Source: Eledone cirrhosa
Taxonomy: Eukaryota
Length of the DNA: 64,000 bases
Reading direction: 5' to 3'
Assembly (NCBI GenBank): GCA_964016885.1
Contig: OZ024742.1
Coordinates: forward strand, 25,234,001-25,298,000
Below the pieces are notes generated by a model that saw only the letters and a program-made list of their open reading frames with translations, was not told the origin of the DNA and did not search any database. Made by a program: the position numbers and the translations under genes. Shown here piece by piece: positions 61,101-64,000 of the stretch. Numbering within the stretch: the stretch's first letter is position 1; the number at the start of each line of letters is the position of its first letter.

Positions 61101-64000
61101 TACAGTCTACCCTACATTCTGAGAGAGACACCCCATATTACTTTACTACAGACATCATACAGACTACCCTTCACACTGAGTGAGACACCCTATATTACTT
61201 TACTACAGGCATCATACAGTCTACCCAACACTCTGAGTGAAACACCCCATATTACTTCACTACAGACATCATACAGAATACCCTTCACTCTGATAGAGAC
61301 ACCCCATATTAATTTACTACAGACATTATACAATCAACCCCTCACTCTGAGTGAGACACCCTATATTACTTTACTACATACATCATACAATCTACCCCTC
61401 CTCTGAGTGAGACACCCCATTTTACTTCACTACAGACATCATACAGTCTACCCTGCACTCTGAGTTAGAGACCCCATATTACATTACTACAGACATCATA
61501 CAGACTACCCTTCACACTGAGTGAGACACCCCATATTAATTTATTACAGACGTCATACAGTCTACCTTATACACTGAGTGAGACACCCTATATTACTTTA
61601 CTAAAAGGCATTATACAGTCTACCCTACACTCTGAGTGAGACACCCTATATTACTTTACTACAGACATCATACAATCTACCCTTCACTCTGAGAGAGACA
61701 CCCCATATTACACCACTACAGACGTCATACAATCTACACTACACTCTGAGAGAGACACCCCATATTACTATACTACAGACATCATACAGGGTACCCTTCA
61801 CTCTGACTAAGACACCCCATATTACTTTACTACAGACATCATACAGTCTACCCTACATTCTGAGAGAGACACCCCATATTACTTTACTACAGACATCATA
61901 CAGACTACCCTTCACACTGAGTGAGACACCCTATATTACATTACTACAGGCATCATACAGTCTACCCAACACTCTGAGTGAGACACCCCATATTACTTCA
62001 CTACAGACATCATACAGAATACCCTTCACTCTGAGAGAGACATCCCTTATTACTTTACTACAGACATCATACAGTCTACCTCTCACTCTGAGAGAGACAC
62101 CCCATATTACCTTACTACAGACATCATACAGTCTACCCTACACACTGAGTGAGACACCCCATATTACTTTACTACAGACATCATACAGTCTACCCTACAC
62201 TCTGAGAGAGGCACCCCATATTACTTTACTACAGACATCATACAGTCTACCCTACACTCTGAGACACCCCATATTACTTTACTACAGACATCATACAGTC
62301 TACCCTACACTCTGAGAGAGACACCCTATATTACTTTACTACAGACATCATACAGACTATACCTCACATTGACAGAGACACCCCATATTACTTAACTACA
62401 GACATCATACAGTCTACCCTACACACTGAGTGAGACACCTCATATTACTTTACTACAGGCATCATACAGTCTACCCAACACTCTGAGTGAGACACCCTAT
62501 ATTACTTTACTACAGACATCATACAATCTACCCCTCACTCTGAGAGAGACACCCCATATTACTTTACTACAGACATCATACAGTCTACCCTACATTCTGA
62601 GAGAGACACCCCATATTACTTTACTACAGACATCATACAGTCTACCCTACACTCTGAGTGAGACACCCCATATTACTTTAAAACATACATCATACAATCT
62701 ACCCCTTACTCTGAGAGAGACACCCCATATTACTTTACTACAGACATCATACATTCTACCCTACACTCTGAGAGAGACACCCCGTATTACCTTACTACAG
62801 ACATCATACAGTCTACCCTACACACTGAGTGAGACACCTCATATTACTTTACTACAGGCATCATACAGAATACCCTTCACTCTGAGAGAGACACCCCATA
62901 TTACTTTACTACAGACATCATACAGAATACCCTTCACTCCGAGAGAGACACCCCATATTACTTTACTACAGACATCATACAGTCTACCCTACACTCTGAG
63001 AGAGGCACCCCATATTACTTTACTACAGACATCATACAGTCTACCCCTCACTCTGAGAGAGACACCCCATATTACCTTACTACAGACATCATACAGTCTA
63101 CCCTACACACTGAGTGAGACACCTCATATTACTTTACTACAGGCATCATACAGTCTACCCAACACTCTGAGTGAGACACCCCATATTACTTTACTACAGA
63201 CATCATACAGAATACCCTATACTCTGAGAGAGGCACCCCATATTACTTTACTACAGACATCATACAGTCTACCCCTCACTCTGAGAGAGACACCCCATAT
63301 TACTTTACTACAGACATCATACAGTCTACCCTACACTCTGAGAGAGGCACCCCATATTACTTTACTACAGACATCATACAGTCTACCCCTCACTCTGAGA
63401 GAGACACCCCATATTACTTTACTACAGACATCATACAGTATACCCTACACTCTGAGAGAGACACCCCCTATTACTTTACTACAGACATCATACAGTCTAC
63501 CCTACATTCTGAGAGAGACACCCCATATTACTTTACTACAGACATCATACAGTCTACCCTACATTCTGAGAGAGACACCCCATATTACACCACTACAGAC
63601 GTCATACAGTCTACACTACACTCTGAGAGAGACACCCCATATTACTATACTACAGACATCATACAGTGTACCCTTCACTCTGACTAAGACACCCTATATT
63701 ACTTTACTACAGACATCATACAGTCTACCCTTCACTCTAAATGAGACACCCCATATTACTTTAAAACATACATCATACAATCTACCCCTCACCCTGAGAG
63801 AGACGCTCCATATTACTTTACTACAGACATCATACAGTCTACCCTACATTCTGAGAGAGACACCCCATATTACTTTACTACAGACATCATACAGACTACC
63901 CTTCACACTGAGTGAGACACCCTATATTACTTTACTACAGGCATCATACAGTCTACCCAACACTCTGAGTGAGACACCCCATATTACTTCACTACAGACA
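10146..64000. repeat. 57-bp satellite array, ~54 kb, ~940 monomers, runs off window end
   Basis: Consensus ACACCCCATATTACTTTACTACAGACATCATACAGTCTACCCTACACTCTGAGTGAG is repeated head to tail in one orientation. No interrupting insertion was seen, and monomers differ by a few substitutions or 1-6 bp indels. Confidence 0.99.

Noticed and set aside
10146-64000. CRISPR-like array
   Set aside because: Monomers are head to tail with no unique spacers, there are no cas genes, and the context is eukaryotic.

Overview
Eukaryotic, repeat-only window with no supportable host protein-coding gene. The LINE, SINE and microsatellite content looks cephalopod/Octopus-like (inference). The first ~10 kb is a nest of RTE-clade LINE fragments (one with a near-intact RT carrying a PHD-like finger), tRNA-derived SINEs and microsatellites. 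It also holds a very young 422-bp unit in tandem plus inverted arrangement (1894-3109). Each full copy of its motif region contains a minimal type I hammerhead ribozyme with a palindromic stem III, which fits a Penelope-like pseudo-LTR or non-LTR retrozyme. From ~10150 to the window end (~54 kb, ~940 monomers) lies a 57-bp satellite. About 40 bp of its monomer derives from the ORF of the RTE LINE it directly abuts, so the birth junction is preserved. The array has kb-scale higher-order repeats and sequence sub-domains. Nearly all ORFs in the supplied track are repeat artefacts.
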